Shown piece by piece: positions 9,048 to 19,542 of a stretch of DNA of 64,000 bases (position 1 is the first letter of the stretch; every line of letters begins with the position of its first letter). The notes under the pieces were generated by a model, which worked only from the letters and a program-made list of their open reading frames with translations, searched no databases and was not told where the DNA came from. The stretch lies in NCBI GenBank assembly GCA_044229975.1, contig JBGARZ010000009.1, positions 1 to 64,000 of the forward strand, written 5' to 3'. The DNA comes from Polyangiales bacterium (GTDB taxonomy: Bacteria; Myxococcota_A; Polyangia; Polyangiales; Ga0077539). The position numbers were made by a program, and so were the translations under genes.

Positions 9048-12000
9048 TCACCGCGGGATCTGGTGCTCGCGGGTTCGCTCCATGTCGTCGTCCGCGAAGG
9101 AGGTGACCGTCTGGGGGGCCTCCTTCTTGGCGAAGAGCCCTTCGATGGCGCGGAGCGGCCAGCCCAGGGCGTGGGTGAAGGCGCCGATGCGCCGCGAGTG
9201 CGCGAGGTCGTCGAAGAACGAGTAGACGACCGGCGTCGCGATGAGGGTGAGGATGAGCGACAGGGTCTGGCCGCCGATGATGACGGAGCTCATCGCGCGG
9301 TTGGTGCCGGAGCCCGCGCCGCTGGAGATGGCCAGCGGGATCATGCCCGCCACGAAGGCCACCGTGGTCATGAGGATGGGCCGCAGCCGGTCGCGGTTGG
9401 CGATCATCACGGCGTCGGCGCGGCCCAGGCCGTGGCGTCGCAGGTCGCGCATGTGGTCCACCTGGAGGATGGAGTTCTTCTTCACGATGCCGAAGAGCAC
9501 GAGGATGCCCAGGGTCGAGAAGATGTTCATGGACTGCTGCAGGGTGACCAGCGAGAAGAGCGCGAAGGGCACCGAGAGCGGCAGCGAGATGAGAATGGTG
9601 ATCGGGTGGATCCAGCTCTCGAACTGGGCCGCGAGCACCAGGTACATGAACACCAGCGACAGGATGAACGCGATGGCGAAGCTCTTGCCCGCGCGCCCCA
9701 GCTCCTTCGAGCGACCCGCGAGCTCGGCGGTGAAGCCCGGCTCCATGTGCAGCTCGTCGCGCGCGGCGTTGAACTGCGCGATGACGCCGGCCTCGGAGGT
9801 CCCGGGCACCACGTTGCAGTAGATGGTCACCGCGCGCTGCCGCGCGAGGCGCTGGATGGACGCCGGGCCGAGCGCGGTGCCGATCTCCACCACGTCCGCG
9901 AGCCGCACGCTGCGCCCCGGGGTCATGGTGGGGATGGTCATCTGCTCGATGGCCGCCGTGGTCACGCGGGCGTCTTCCTGCGCGCGGATCCACACCTCGT
10001 ACTGCTCGCCGCCCTCGTTGTAGTTGGACACCTGGAGGCCGCCCACCAGCATGCGGAGGGTGTTGGCGATGTCGAGCGCGTTGACCCCGAGGTCGGCGGC
10101 GCGCGCCCGGTTGATGCGCACCCGCAGCTCGGGCTTGCCGGTGACGAGCGTGGTGTCGGCGTCGACCACGCCGGGGATGGCGCGCGCGCGGCGCAGCATC
10201 TGGTCGGCGTACTCGGCGAGGCGCTCCAGGTTGGGGCCCTTGAGCACGTACTGGATGGGCGCGCTGTCGGCCGCGCCGCCGCCGAAGACGTTCACCTGCG
10301 CGACCATCACGCGGAGGTTGTCGCGGGCGTACCGCGGCAGCACCTGGTTGCGCACCAGGGCCATGGTGCTGACCTGGTCGAGCGTGCGCTGCGTGGCGGG
10401 CACGAGGCGCACGAAGAGCGACGCCTGGTTGGAGCCGCGGCCGCTGGGGTCACCCGGGGGCGAGCCCACGGTGAGCACGGTGTTCTGCACGCCGGGGAGG
10501 GCGCGCACGTCGCGGGCGATGCGCTCGGAGATGATCTGCGTCTGCTGGAGGGAGGTGCCCTCCGGGGCGCGGATGACCACGTCGAAGCGCGACTCGTCGT
10601 CGACCGGGAGGAAGTTCTTCTGCACGGCCTTCCCGAGCGGGACGACCGAGGCCATCACGGTGACCATGAGGATGCCCACGAGCCAGCGGTGCCCCATGGC
10701 GAAGGCGAGCAGGCGCATGTACGCGCCCTCGACGGCGCCGTAGAGCCCTCCCCCGCTGTGGGCGGCGGCGGCGTACTGCGGCGGGAGCTGCCGGGTCTTG
10801 GACGACCACTCGCGGTACCCGCGCTTCTCCTCCTCGCGGGGCTCCGCGGCCGGGTCGGAGAACTCCGCGTCGACGGCCTCTTCGGGCTCGTCGTCGTGCA
10901 CGGGGTGCGCGGGGCCGCCCTTGTTGGACGCCTTGAGCCAACGCGCCGAGAGCATCGGCGTCAGCGTGAACGACACGATGAGCGACACCACGATGGCGAA
11001 GCTCATGGTGAAGCCGAACGACCGCATGAAGCGGCCCACGATGCCGCCCATGAAGGCCACCGGGAGAAACACCGCGACCAGCGAGATGGTCGTGGCCATG
11101 ACGGCGAGGCCGATCTCCTTGGTCGCGAGGATGGCCGCCTTCCGGGGAGCCATCCGCTTCTCATCGATGAAGCGGAAGATGTTCTCCAGCACCACGATGG
11201 CGTCGTCGATGACGATGCCCACGGCGAGGGTGAGGGCGAGCAGGGTGATGACGTTGAGCGTCAGGCCCATGGCCTTGATGAGCCCGAAGGTCGACACGAT
11301 GGACGTCGGAATCGCCAGGGCGGCGATGAGGGTGGAGCGCCCGTTCCAGAGGAAGAGCAGCACCACCAGGGAGGCGAGGAAGCCGCCGATGACGAGGTGC
11401 TCTTCCACCGCGTGCACGGCGTTGCGGATGAACTCGCCCTCGTCGCGCACCACCTCCAGGCGAAAGCCCGGCGGGAGGCTGGGGCGCAGCTCGTCGATGC
11501 GCTCTTGCAGCGCGTCGATGACCGCGAGGGTGTTGGTGCCCGACTGCTTGCGCACGGAGAGGATCACCACCTCGCGCCCGTTGACCGTCGCCATGGAGCT
11601 GGCGTCGGCCTCGCTGTCCTCGACGCGGCCCACGTCGCGCACGCGCACCCCGAGCCCGCCGCGCTGGGCGACGACGAGGTTGCCCATGTCTTCGGTGCTG
11701 GTCACGCGCCCCATCACGCGGAGCGAGAGCGTGGTGGACCCCTGGTCGACGGAGCCGCCGGGGACCTCGACGTTTTGCGACGCGAGGGTGCGCTGCACGT
11801 CGACGGCGGTGAGCCCGTACGACTGGAGCCGCGCGGGGTCGAGCACCAGGTTGATCTGCCGCGAGCGGCCGCCGAGGACGGTGACGCCGCCGACGCCGTT
11901 GAGCGACTCGATGCGCCGGCGCAGCACGCGGTCGGCGTACTCGGTGAGCTCGCGCGACGAGCGCGGGGCCGAGAGCGCCGCCAGCACGATGGGCGCCGCG

Positions 12001-12404
12001 TCGGGGTCGGAGCGCTCGACGCGCGGCTGCTGGATGTCACGCGGGAGCAGGGTGAGCGTGCGGTTGACGCGGTCGCGCACCTCCTGGGCCGCGACGGAGG
12101 TGTCCTTGTCGAGGTCGAACTGCGCGATGACGACGGACAAGCCCTCGTAGGAGTTGGAGCGGAGGGTGTCGATGCCGGAGATGGAGTTGATGGACTCCTC
12201 CAGCTTGTCGGTGACCTCCGTCTCCACCTGCTCGGGCGAGGCGCCCGGCAGCACCGTGCTCACGATGACGACGGGGAAGTCGATGTTGGGAAACCGGTCG
12301 ACCCCGATGCCCTGGATGCTCGCGATGCCGACCACCACCAGCGCGAGGATGAGCACCCAGGTAAACACCGGGCGCTTGACACAAATTGCCGCAAGCCACT
12401 GCAT
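9048..12404 (-). CDS. RND efflux permease (AcrB/AcrD/AcrF family)
   Basis: VDRFPNIDFPVV, GIVIDDAIVVLENI, GIVKKNSIL, RLRPILMTT; 1118 aa. Confidence 0.96.
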   Translation of the reverse strand: MQWLAAICVKRPVFTWVLILALVVVGIASIQGIGVDRFPNIDFPVVIVSTVLPGASPEQVETEVTDKLEESINSISGIDTLRSNSYEGLSVVIAQFDLDKDTSVAAQEVRDRVNRTLTLLPRDIQQPRVERSDPDAAPIVLAALSAPRSSRELTEYADRVLRRRIESLNGVGGVTVLGGRSRQINLVLDPARLQSYGLTAVDVQRTLASQNVEVPGGSVDQGSTTLSLRVMGRVTSTEDMGNLVVAQRGGLGVRVRDVGRVEDSEADASSMATVNGREVVILSVRKQSGTNTLAVIDALQERIDELRPSLPPGFRLEVVRDEGEFIRNAVHAVEEHLVIGGFLASLVVLLFLWNGRSTLIAALAIPTSIVSTFGLIKAMGLTLNVITLLALTLAVGIVIDDAIVVLENIFRFIDEKRMAPRKAAILATKEIGLAVMATTISLVAVFLPVAFMGGIVGRFMRSFGFTMSFAIVVSLIVSFTLTPMLSARWLKASNKGGPAHPVHDDEPEEAVDAEFSDPAAEPREEEKRGYREWSSKTRQLPPQYAAAAHSGGGLYGAVEGAYMRLLAFAMGHRWLVGILMVTVMASVVPLGKAVQKNFLPVDDESRFDVVIRAPEGTSLQQTQIISERIARDVRALPGVQNTVLTVGSPPGDPSGRGSNQASLFVRLVPATQRTLDQVSTMALVRNQVLPRYARDNLRVMVAQVNVFGGGAADSAPIQYVLKGPNLERLAEYADQMLRRARAIPGVVDADTTLVTGKPELRVRINRARAADLGVNALDIANTLRMLVGGLQVSNYNEGGEQYEVWIRAQEDARVTTAAIEQMTIPTMTPGRSVRLADVVEIGTALGPASIQRLARQRAVTIYCNVVPGTSEAGVIAQFNAARDELHMEPGFTAELAGRSKELGRAGKSFAIAFILSLVFMYLVLAAQFESWIHPITILISLPLSVPFALFSLVTLQQSMNIFSTLGILVLFGIVKKNSILQVDHMRDLRRHGLGRADAVMIANRDRLRPILMTTVAFVAGMIPLAISSGAGSGTNRAMSSVIIGGQTLSLILTLIATPVVYSFFDDLAHSRRIGAFTHALGWPLRAIEGLFAKKEAPQTVTSFADDDMERTREHQIPR

Positions 12405-12428
12405 CGAAGTCTCTCCGCTCCCCTCTTG

Positions 12429-13643
12429 CTACTGGGTCACGGCGACGCCGTCGCCGAGCCGAGAGAGGTTGTCCGTCGCCACACGCTCGCCCGCCGTCAC
12501 GCCACGCTCGACGATGACCTCTTCGCCGCGGCGCTCGGTCACCGACACCACCCGCGCCTGCGCCCGGTTGTTGACCACCACGAACACCCGGCTCGTACCG
12601 GCCTCGGAGAGAACCGCCCGCGCCGGGATGGCCACCAGCGAGCGCTGGGTGCCGAGCGCGATGCGCGCCGTCGCGAAGAGACCGGGGCGCAGCACGCGGT
12701 CGGCGTTGGGAATCACCGCCTCGGCCACGAGCGCGCGGGTGTCGGTGCGCACGGCGGCGGAGATGTACCGGAGCGTCCCGCGGAAGGTGCGGTCGGGCCA
12801 CGCGTCGACGCGGATGTCCACGACCTGGTCGGGCCGCACCTGGGCGAAGCGCTCCTGCGGCACCTGGATCTCCATGCGCAGCGGGTCGATCTTCACGAGG
12901 TTGACCACCGCGCGCTGCGCCGTGACGTACTCGCCCACGTTGGCCATGCGCTCGGCGACCTCGCCCGAGAAGGGCGCGCGCACCACCGAGTCGGCCACCG
13001 AGCGCTGCGCCGAGGCGAGCGTCTCGCGGGCCTGCTGGTAGGCGAAGTACGACGCCCGGGTGCCGTTGACCGCCGCGCGGTACTGCTCCCGCGCCGCCGT
13101 CGCCTGGAGCACCGTCCGCTGGTAGTCGGCGTCGGACATGCTGCCGCTCGTGTGGAGCTGCTCGGCGCGGCGCAGGCCGTCGTCGGCGATGTCGCGCTGC
13201 GCGGCGGCGGCGCGCACCTCCGCGGTGGACTCCGCGTCGAAGCGGCCGTTGCCGTCGAGGCCGAGCCGCGAGCGCGCCTGCGAGACCACCGCCGACGCCG
13301 TGGCGGCGTTGGTGCGGTAGTCGGTGTCGCGGAGGCGCAGCATCGGGTCGCCCTCGCGCACCTGCGAGCCGCGCTCGACGAGCACCGCCGTCACGCGACC
13401 CGGCACGAGCGCCGTGACCTGCGACTGCTGGTCGGGCACGAGAGTACCGGTGGCCGAGAGGACGTCGGGCACCTGGCGCGCCTCGGCGGTGGCCAGGGTG
13501 ATGTGCACGGGCGGGGTGTTTTCGGCCGTGACCGAAGGCTGCGATCCGGCGGCGGGCTCGGGCTTCTTGCAGGCCGACAGCGGGAGCGCCGCGAGCGCGA
13601 GGACGCTCACCAACGTAGAGGCGAACTTGGAGTCTGTGTGCAT
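12429..13643 (-). CDS. RND periplasmic adaptor (membrane fusion lipoprotein)
   Basis: Lipobox LSAC; lipoyl/hairpin motifs PGRVTAVLVERGSQVREGD and VRAPFSGEV; LRPGLFA. Confidence 0.93.
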   Translation of the reverse strand: MHTDSKFASTLVSVLALAALPLSACKKPEPAAGSQPSVTAENTPPVHITLATAEARQVPDVLSATGTLVPDQQSQVTALVPGRVTAVLVERGSQVREGDPMLRLRDTDYRTNAATASAVVSQARSRLGLDGNGRFDAESTAEVRAAAAQRDIADDGLRRAEQLHTSGSMSDADYQRTVLQATAAREQYRAAVNGTRASYFAYQQARETLASAQRSVADSVVRAPFSGEVAERMANVGEYVTAQRAVVNLVKIDPLRMEIQVPQERFAQVRPDQVVDIRVDAWPDRTFRGTLRYISAAVRTDTRALVAEAVIPNADRVLRPGLFATARIALGTQRSLVAIPARAVLSEAGTSRVFVVVNNRAQARVVSVTERRGEEVIVERGVTAGERVATDNLSRLGDGVAVTQ

Positions 13644-13919
13644 GGTCCCGGTCCGTGAGGGTTCGAGAGGTGGGCGGCGCGCACGATGTGACCGCGGGGC
13701 ATCATCTGCACCGAACGCGACCGGAGATCAATCGGGTCACGAAGTATTTTCGTCAAGGGGTGATGCCGCGGCGCGTTGTGGGGGCGAAGTCGCAGCGTTT
13801 AGGGGCTACGAACGAAGTTGACCAGGGGGCTTGAATCCGGCGATGGGTGAGATACATCGTCTCCCGATGGAATGCGCCGGCCGCCCCCGAGGGGGCTCAC
13901 GAGGTCACGGGTCGAGGTC

Positions 13920-14384
13920 ATGATCGAGCGTCGTTTGGATCATATGAGTGCGTTGATCGACCGGGTGGTTCTGGTCATGCCGCGGCTCATGCGATCGGAC
14001 TGCGACGACGAGGTGATCACGCCTCACCAGGGCGTGCTGCTGCGCGCGCTGGAGACGCACGGCCCCATCAGCCTCACCGAGCTGCGGCGCTCGTTTCCGG
14101 GCGCGCAGAGCTCGCTGAGCGAGCTGGTGGGTCGGCTCGCGAAGCTCGGCTTCGTGCACAAGAAGCCGCTGCCGGCCGACCGTCGCACGGTGATGGTGGC
14201 CATCACCACGCGGGGCCGGGCGATGGTCGAGCAGCAGAAGAAGGTGATGCGAGAGCGGCACAAGAACGTGCTGGAGAAGCTCTCGTCGGATGACCAGGAC
14301 AAGTTCGTACAGGCCTTCGAGACCATCGTGGAGCTCTTCGGGCGCGCGGCGGCGACGGTGACAGACGCGGAGAAGGACGAATGA
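13920..14384 (+). CDS. MarR family transcriptional regulator
   Basis: ITPHQGVLL..LSELVGRLAKLGFV..DRRTVMVAITTRG winged helix; divergent from the MFP gene. Confidence 0.9.
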   Translation: MIERRLDHMSALIDRVVLVMPRLMRSDCDDEVITPHQGVLLRALETHGPISLTELRRSFPGAQSSLSELVGRLAKLGFVHKKPLPADRRTVMVAITTRGRAMVEQQKKVMRERHKNVLEKLSSDDQDKFVQAFETIVELFGRAAATVTDAEKDE

Positions 14385-15907
14385 CAGTGACAGCACGGTG
14401 GGGCTCGGCGGCAGCGGTGCTGCTCGCCGCGAGTGGCGCGTGGGCTCAGACGCCCGCGGCCCAACAGCAGCAGGTTGAACAGCCGACGGCGCGGCCGACG
14501 CCGAGCCTGCCCGAGTCGTGGGCGCCTCAGCCCGGCGGGCTCACGGCCGACCGGGCGGCCGAGCGCGCGGTGCGCTCCAGCCTCGGCGTGCGGGCGGCCC
14601 ACGCCAACGTCGACGCGGCGTCGGCCGGGCGCACCGAGGCCGCGGTCGCGATGATCCCGCAGCTCTCGCTCACGGCCCGCTACTCGCGGCTCTCGCCCAT
14701 CACGCAGCCGTCGTTCAACCTCGCCTCGTCGCTGCCCTTCTGCGTCGCCCCGGGCAACGGCAACGTGACCGCGACCGCACCGGGCGTGCAGTGTGCGCCG
14801 GGCTCGCTCTCCCTCTCCCAGCTCGCGGCGTCGAGCGGCAACTCGTCGGCGTCGTCGCCCTTCCCCGTCATCCTCAACAACTACGCGTTCAACGCGACGG
14901 TGACGCTGCCCATCACGGACATTCCCTTCCGCCTCGCGCGGGTCTACGAGAGCGCCGGGCTCGTCGAGCAGGCGCGTCACCTCGACGAGATCTCCGCCCG
15001 CAGCACGGCCGCCACCGACGCGCGCCTCGCCTTCTACGAGTACGTGCGCGCCACGGGCCAGCTCCTGGCCGCGCAGGAGTCCGCCGAGGCCGCCCGCCAG
15101 CACGAGCAGGACCTCACGCGCTTCGTCGAGGCGGGCACCGCGGCGCGGGTCGACCTCCTGCGCGTGCAGGCCCAGGTCGCCGAGACCGAGCGCTTCGTGC
15201 TCGCGGCGCGCGGCGCCCTCGACATGGCCGAAGTGCAGCTCCGGCAGCGCATGCACGCCGAGGCGGGCGAGCACTTCGTCATGGGCGAATCGCTGGAGAC
15301 GCCGCCGCCGGTGCCGACGAGCGTGGCCACCCTCATCGACCAGGCGCTCACCGCGCGGCCCGAGCTCCAGAGCCTCGACCGGCAGGCCGAGTCGCTGCGG
15401 GTCAACACCTCCGCCACGCGGGCGGCGATGTTTCCGAGCGTGGTCGGGCAGTTCAGCCTCGACGTCGCCAACCCCAACCAGCGGTACGTGCCGCAGGCCG
15501 AGGAGTTCAACACCACCTGGACGGCGACCATCCAGGCGCAGTGGTCGCTCGGCGGCGCGCTCCAGGCGGGCGCGCAGGTGAGCCGCCTCAACGCGCAGCG
15601 ACTGGCGCTGCTCGCGCAGCTCGACCAGCTCCGCGAGGGCACCGAGATCGAGGTGCGCGCGGCGTACGTCACCGCCCAGACGTCGACCGCCGCCATCGCG
15701 TCGTCGCGGCGGCAGCTCGAGTCGGCCATGGAGAGCTACCGCGTCCGGCGCGAACGCTTCCAGGCCGGCAGCTCGGTGTCGAGCGACCTCACCGACGCCG
15801 AGCTCGACCTGCTCCGCGCGCGGCTGGCGCTCATCAACGCCAACATCGACCAGCGCGAGGCCCTCGCCCGCCTGCGCCGCGCCGTGGGCACCCGCGAGCC
15901 CGACTGA
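14381..15907 (+). CDS. TolC family outer membrane efflux protein
   Basis: Signal peptide; two OEP halves (FVEAGTAARVDLL, RPEL, RFQAGSSVSSDL); ATGA overlap with marR. Confidence 0.9.
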   Translation: MTVTARWGSAAAVLLAASGAWAQTPAAQQQQVEQPTARPTPSLPESWAPQPGGLTADRAAERAVRSSLGVRAAHANVDAASAGRTEAAVAMIPQLSLTARYSRLSPITQPSFNLASSLPFCVAPGNGNVTATAPGVQCAPGSLSLSQLAASSGNSSASSPFPVILNNYAFNATVTLPITDIPFRLARVYESAGLVEQARHLDEISARSTAATDARLAFYEYVRATGQLLAAQESAEAARQHEQDLTRFVEAGTAARVDLLRVQAQVAETERFVLAARGALDMAEVQLRQRMHAEAGEHFVMGESLETPPPVPTSVATLIDQALTARPELQSLDRQAESLRVNTSATRAAMFPSVVGQFSLDVANPNQRYVPQAEEFNTTWTATIQAQWSLGGALQAGAQVSRLNAQRLALLAQLDQLREGTEIEVRAAYVTAQTSTAAIASSRRQLESAMESYRVRRERFQAGSSVSSDLTDAELDLLRARLALINANIDQREALARLRRAVGTREPD

Positions 15908-16033
15908 CCCCGCCGCCCCGACCGCCTGCTCCCTCCCCTGCGCCGCTCAGACCGACCCGCCGTTGTACCGATGCGCCGCATCGGCGATGCTGCGCCGCGT
16001 CGACCTCACCTCATCCATTCGGAGCATCCACGC

Positions 16034-17860
16034 ATGTGCGGCATCATCGGTTACGTCGGGACGGAAGAGTGCGCCCCCATCCTGCTGGAGGGCCTGCGCC
16101 GGCTGGAGTATCGCGGCTATGACAGCGCCGGGGTCGCGGTGCACGACGGTCGCACCGTCAACGTCAAGCGCGCCGCGGGCAAGCTCTCGGCCCTCGGCGA
16201 CCTGCTCGCGCGCGACCCGGTGCACGGCACCACGGGCATCGGGCACACCCGCTGGGCGACGCACGGCAAGCCCGCCGAGCGCAACGCGCACCCGCACGTC
16301 TCGGGTCACGTCGCGGTGGTGCACAACGGCATCATCGAGAACCACGTCGAGCTCAAGCACCAGCTCATGGCGCAGGGGCGGGAGTTTCTCTCGGACACCG
16401 ACACGGAGATCGTCGCGCACCTCGTCGACCTCGAGACCGCCAAGGGCCTCGACCTCTTCGAGGCCGTGCGCGCGACGCTCAAGGTCATCCGCGGCGCCTA
16501 CGCCATCGCGGTGCTCTCGCGCACCGACGCGAGCCGCATCGTGCTCGCGAAAAACGCCTCGCCCCTCGTCCTCGGCGTCGGCGAAGGGGTGATGCTCGCG
16601 GCGAGTGATGTCCCGGCGCTGCTGGCCCACTCGCGCGACGTGATCTTCCTCGAAGACGGCGAGATGGCGGAGATCACCAAGCAGGGCGCGCGCATCGAGA
16701 CCGTCGACGGCGTGAAGGTCGATCGCACCCCGACGCGCATCACGTGGTCGCTGATGCAGGCCGAACGCGGCGGCTACAAGCACTTCATGCTCAAGGAGGT
16801 GCACGAGCAGCCGCGCGCGCTCGAAGACACGCTGCGCGGTCGGGTGCTGCTGGAGGAGGGCTCGCTCGAAGCCGCCGAGATGGGCATCACCGCGGAAGAG
16901 GCGAAGGCCGTGAGGCGGGTGGTGTTTCTCGCGTGCGGGACGAGCTTCCACGGGGCGCTGCATGGGCGCTACCTGCTGGAGTCGCTCGCGCGGGTGCCGG
17001 CGGTGGCCGAGCTCGCGAGCGAGTTCAGGTACCGCGACCCGGTGATTGGTGAGGGCGACCTCGTGGTGGCCGTCTCGCAGTCGGGGGAGACCGCCGACAC
17101 GCTGGCCGCCGCGAAGGAGGCCAAGGCCCGCGGCGCTCGTGTGCTCGCGGTGGTCAACGTGCAGGGCAGCGCCATCGCGCGCATGGCCCACGGGACGCTC
17201 TACACCCACGCGGGCCCGGAGATCGGCGTCGCCAGCACCAAGTGCTTCACGGCACAGGTGGCGGCCCTCACCATGCTCGCCATCCACTTCGGGCGGTGCC
17301 GCGGCGCGCTCTCGGCCGACCAGGGTCGGGAGCTCCTCGGGGAGTTCGTTCAGGTGCCGCACAAGATGCGGACGGCGCTGGAGGGAGCGAAGCACGTCGA
17401 GTCGGTGGCGCGGTCGATCCTGCACACGCGCGACGCGCTCTTCCTCGGGCGCGGACTGTCGAGCGCCATCGCCCTCGAAGGCGCCCTCAAGCTCAAGGAG
17501 ATCTCGTACGTGCACGCCGAGGGTTATGCCGGCGGCGAGATGAAGCACGGGCCGCTGGCGCTGGTCGACCGCGACATGCCCGTGGTGTGCCTGCTGCCGA
17601 GCGACAGCACGCTGGAGAAGATGCTCTCCAACGTGCAGGAGGTGCGGGCGCGCGACGGCAACGTCATCGCCATCCTCGACAACGAGTCGGTCGCGAAGGA
17701 CCTCGCGTCGCACACCATCAAGGTGCCCGCGACGTCGGAGCCCTTCACCCCGCTGCTCACCATCGTCCCGCTCCAGCTCCTCTCGTACTACGTGGCCGAC
17801 CTGCGCGGGACGGACGTCGACCAGCCGCGCAACCTCGCCAAGACCGTCACCGTCGAGTGA
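16034..17860 (+). CDS. glmS: Glutamine--fructose-6-phosphate aminotransferase
   Basis: MCGIIGY start, LEYRGYDSAG, GHTRWATHG, SQSGETADT, PRNLAKTVTVE end; 608 aa. Confidence 0.98.
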   Translation: MCGIIGYVGTEECAPILLEGLRRLEYRGYDSAGVAVHDGRTVNVKRAAGKLSALGDLLARDPVHGTTGIGHTRWATHGKPAERNAHPHVSGHVAVVHNGIIENHVELKHQLMAQGREFLSDTDTEIVAHLVDLETAKGLDLFEAVRATLKVIRGAYAIAVLSRTDASRIVLAKNASPLVLGVGEGVMLAASDVPALLAHSRDVIFLEDGEMAEITKQGARIETVDGVKVDRTPTRITWSLMQAERGGYKHFMLKEVHEQPRALEDTLRGRVLLEEGSLEAAEMGITAEEAKAVRRVVFLACGTSFHGALHGRYLLESLARVPAVAELASEFRYRDPVIGEGDLVVAVSQSGETADTLAAAKEAKARGARVLAVVNVQGSAIARMAHGTLYTHAGPEIGVASTKCFTAQVAALTMLAIHFGRCRGALSADQGRELLGEFVQVPHKMRTALEGAKHVESVARSILHTRDALFLGRGLSSAIALEGALKLKEISYVHAEGYAGGEMKHGPLALVDRDMPVVCLLPSDSTLEKMLSNVQEVRARDGNVIAILDNESVAKDLASHTIKVPATSEPFTPLLTIVPLQLLSYYVADLRGTDVDQPRNLAKTVTVE

Positions 17861-18057
17861 CCTGAACCCCCGGCGGTGGGTGACGCGCGCCCACAGCGCC
17901 GCCCGCGGCGCCCATCCGCACACAGGCTCTCTTTCATTTTCCGGGTCGACATTCGATCGGGTGGCCTCAAGGGCCGCGCCCATGCGACCGTTGAACTGGT
18001 AGACGTCGTCCGCGCGTGGGGGTCACACCACCGCTGGCACGACGCCAGGAACGTGTG

Positions 18058-19542
18058 ATGCCAGCGCCCGCGCCGGTTGGACCCTGCCTCGACGACGACA
18101 CCCGTCTGCGCTCGCCCCGCGCGTTCGCCCTCGCTCTCCTATCACTCGCCCTGCTCGCGCTGCCGCGACGGGCCGACGCGCAGGTCGCGCGGCGCTTCGC
18201 CGTCCACGTCGAGGGCGGCGCGGGCACCATGCTCGCCTCCTACCAGCGCGACACGCTCGGGTACGGATTGATGGCCCAGGGGGCCGTGCGGCTGGCGTTC
18301 ACCGTGGTCGGGCCGCTCGCGGTGCAGGTCTCGGGGGAGAGCTGGTTCGCGCCCTCGTCGCAGGGTGACGGGCAGCAGTACTCCCTCGCGGGTGGTCTGC
18401 GCTTCGAGCCCACCATCGGCCGCGTGGGTCGCGTCTTCGTCGACGGCAACGTGGGCCTCGGTCGCTCCATCGACCTCTCGCGGCTGACGACCAACGTCGG
18501 CCTCGGGGCGGAGTTCAACCTGGGCCTCGGCTTCGCGGTGGGCCCGGTGGCGCGACTCGGGGTGCTCTTCGCCTCCGACAGCGATCACCCCAGCGATGCC
18601 CTGTACTGGTTTGGCGGAGCCTCGGTCTCCTGGCGGCTCCCGGTGCGCGACCCGGAGCCCGTTCGCATCGCCGATCGCGACCACGACGGCGTGCTCGACC
18701 CGGCCGACCGCTGCCCCGACGAGCCCGCAGGCGCGCGCCCCGACCCCGCCCTCCCCGGCTGTCCCGCGCGTGACCGCGACCACGACGCCGTGCTCGACCC
18801 CGACGACCTGTGCCCCGACGTCCCCGCGGGCGATCACCCCGACCCCGCGCGTCGCGGCTGCCCGGTGCCCGATGCCGACAGCGATGGCGTGCTCGACCCC
18901 GACGACGCGTGCCCGACGCTCGCGCAGGGCGACCACCCCGACCCCACCCGCCGCGGCTGCCCCGACAACGATCAGGACAACGACACCGTCACCGACCACG
19001 CGGACGTGTGCCCGACGGTTCCGATGGGGGCGCACCCCGACCCGGCGCGGCGGGGTTGCCCCTTCCCCGACCGCGACGGCGACTCGGTGCCCGACGCCGT
19101 CGACGCGTGCCCCGACGTGCCGGGCGCGCCCAGTACGCGCCCCGGTCGCAACGGCTGCCCGGGTCTCGTGCGTGTCGAGCGCGGGATGATCCGCATCCTT
19201 CGGCCGGTGTTCTTCGCCAACAACAGCGACGTCATCCTGCGGCAGAGCGGGGCCGTGCTCGCGGCGGTGGCCGACGCGCTGCGCGCCGATCCGTCGCTGC
19301 GGCGGGTGTCCATCGAGGGCCACACCGACGACGTCGCCGACGACGCGTCCAACCTCGCGCTGTCGCAGCGGCGGGCCGCGAGCGTGCGGCGCGACCTCGT
19401 CGGGCGCGGCGTCGCCGACGACCGCCTGGAGGCCCACGGCTTCGGCGAGACCCGTCCCGTCAACCCGGCCCACACCCGCGCGGCGCGGGCCCTCAACCGT
19501 CGCGTGGAGTTTCGTATCGTGTCGTTCGGGGAGGGATCATGA
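18058..19542 (+). CDS. OmpA family protein: beta-barrel + thrombospondin type-3 repeats + OmpA-C (TraB-like architecture)
   Basis: Signal peptide; amphipathic strands; five DxDxDxVxDxxDxCP...GCP repeats; IEGHTDD, NLALSQRRA, NRRVEF. Confidence 0.9.
   Translation: MPAPAPVGPCLDDDTRLRSPRAFALALLSLALLALPRRADAQVARRFAVHVEGGAGTMLASYQRDTLGYGLMAQGAVRLAFTVVGPLAVQVSGESWFAPSSQGDGQQYSLAGGLRFEPTIGRVGRVFVDGNVGLGRSIDLSRLTTNVGLGAEFNLGLGFAVGPVARLGVLFASDSDHPSDALYWFGGASVSWRLPVRDPEPVRIADRDHDGVLDPADRCPDEPAGARPDPALPGCPARDRDHDAVLDPDDLCPDVPAGDHPDPARRGCPVPDADSDGVLDPDDACPTLAQGDHPDPTRRGCPDNDQDNDTVTDHADVCPTVPMGAHPDPARRGCPFPDRDGDSVPDAVDACPDVPGAPSTRPGRNGCPGLVRVERGMIRILRPVFFANNSDVILRQSGAVLAAVADALRADPSLRRVSIEGHTDDVADDASNLALSQRRAASVRRDLVGRGVADDRLEAHGFGETRPVNPAHTRAARALNRRVEFRIVSFGEGS

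Noticed and set aside
9063..13658. 1531-aa plus-strand ORF and similar long antisense ORFs (24717..27137, 40738..43287, 55110..57791, 61790..63925)
   Set aside because: They are shadows of well-supported genes on the opposite strand; stop codons are rare at this GC content and the translations have no motifs.
13831..13869. MarR operator and promoter (TTGAAT; CATCG-N5-CGATG)
   Set aside because: The position is plausible, but 5-bp arms and a poor -10 are too weak to call.
15908..16033. glmS ribozyme upstream of glmS
   Set aside because: Only a short hairpin (CCGATGCG-C-CGCATCGG, 15968-15984) is visible; I could not find the ribozyme core. An Infernal search would settle it.
18035..18050. Sigma54 promoter before the OmpA gene (TGGCACGACGCCAGGA)
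   Set aside because: Perfect -24 box but no GC at -12, and too close to the start codon.
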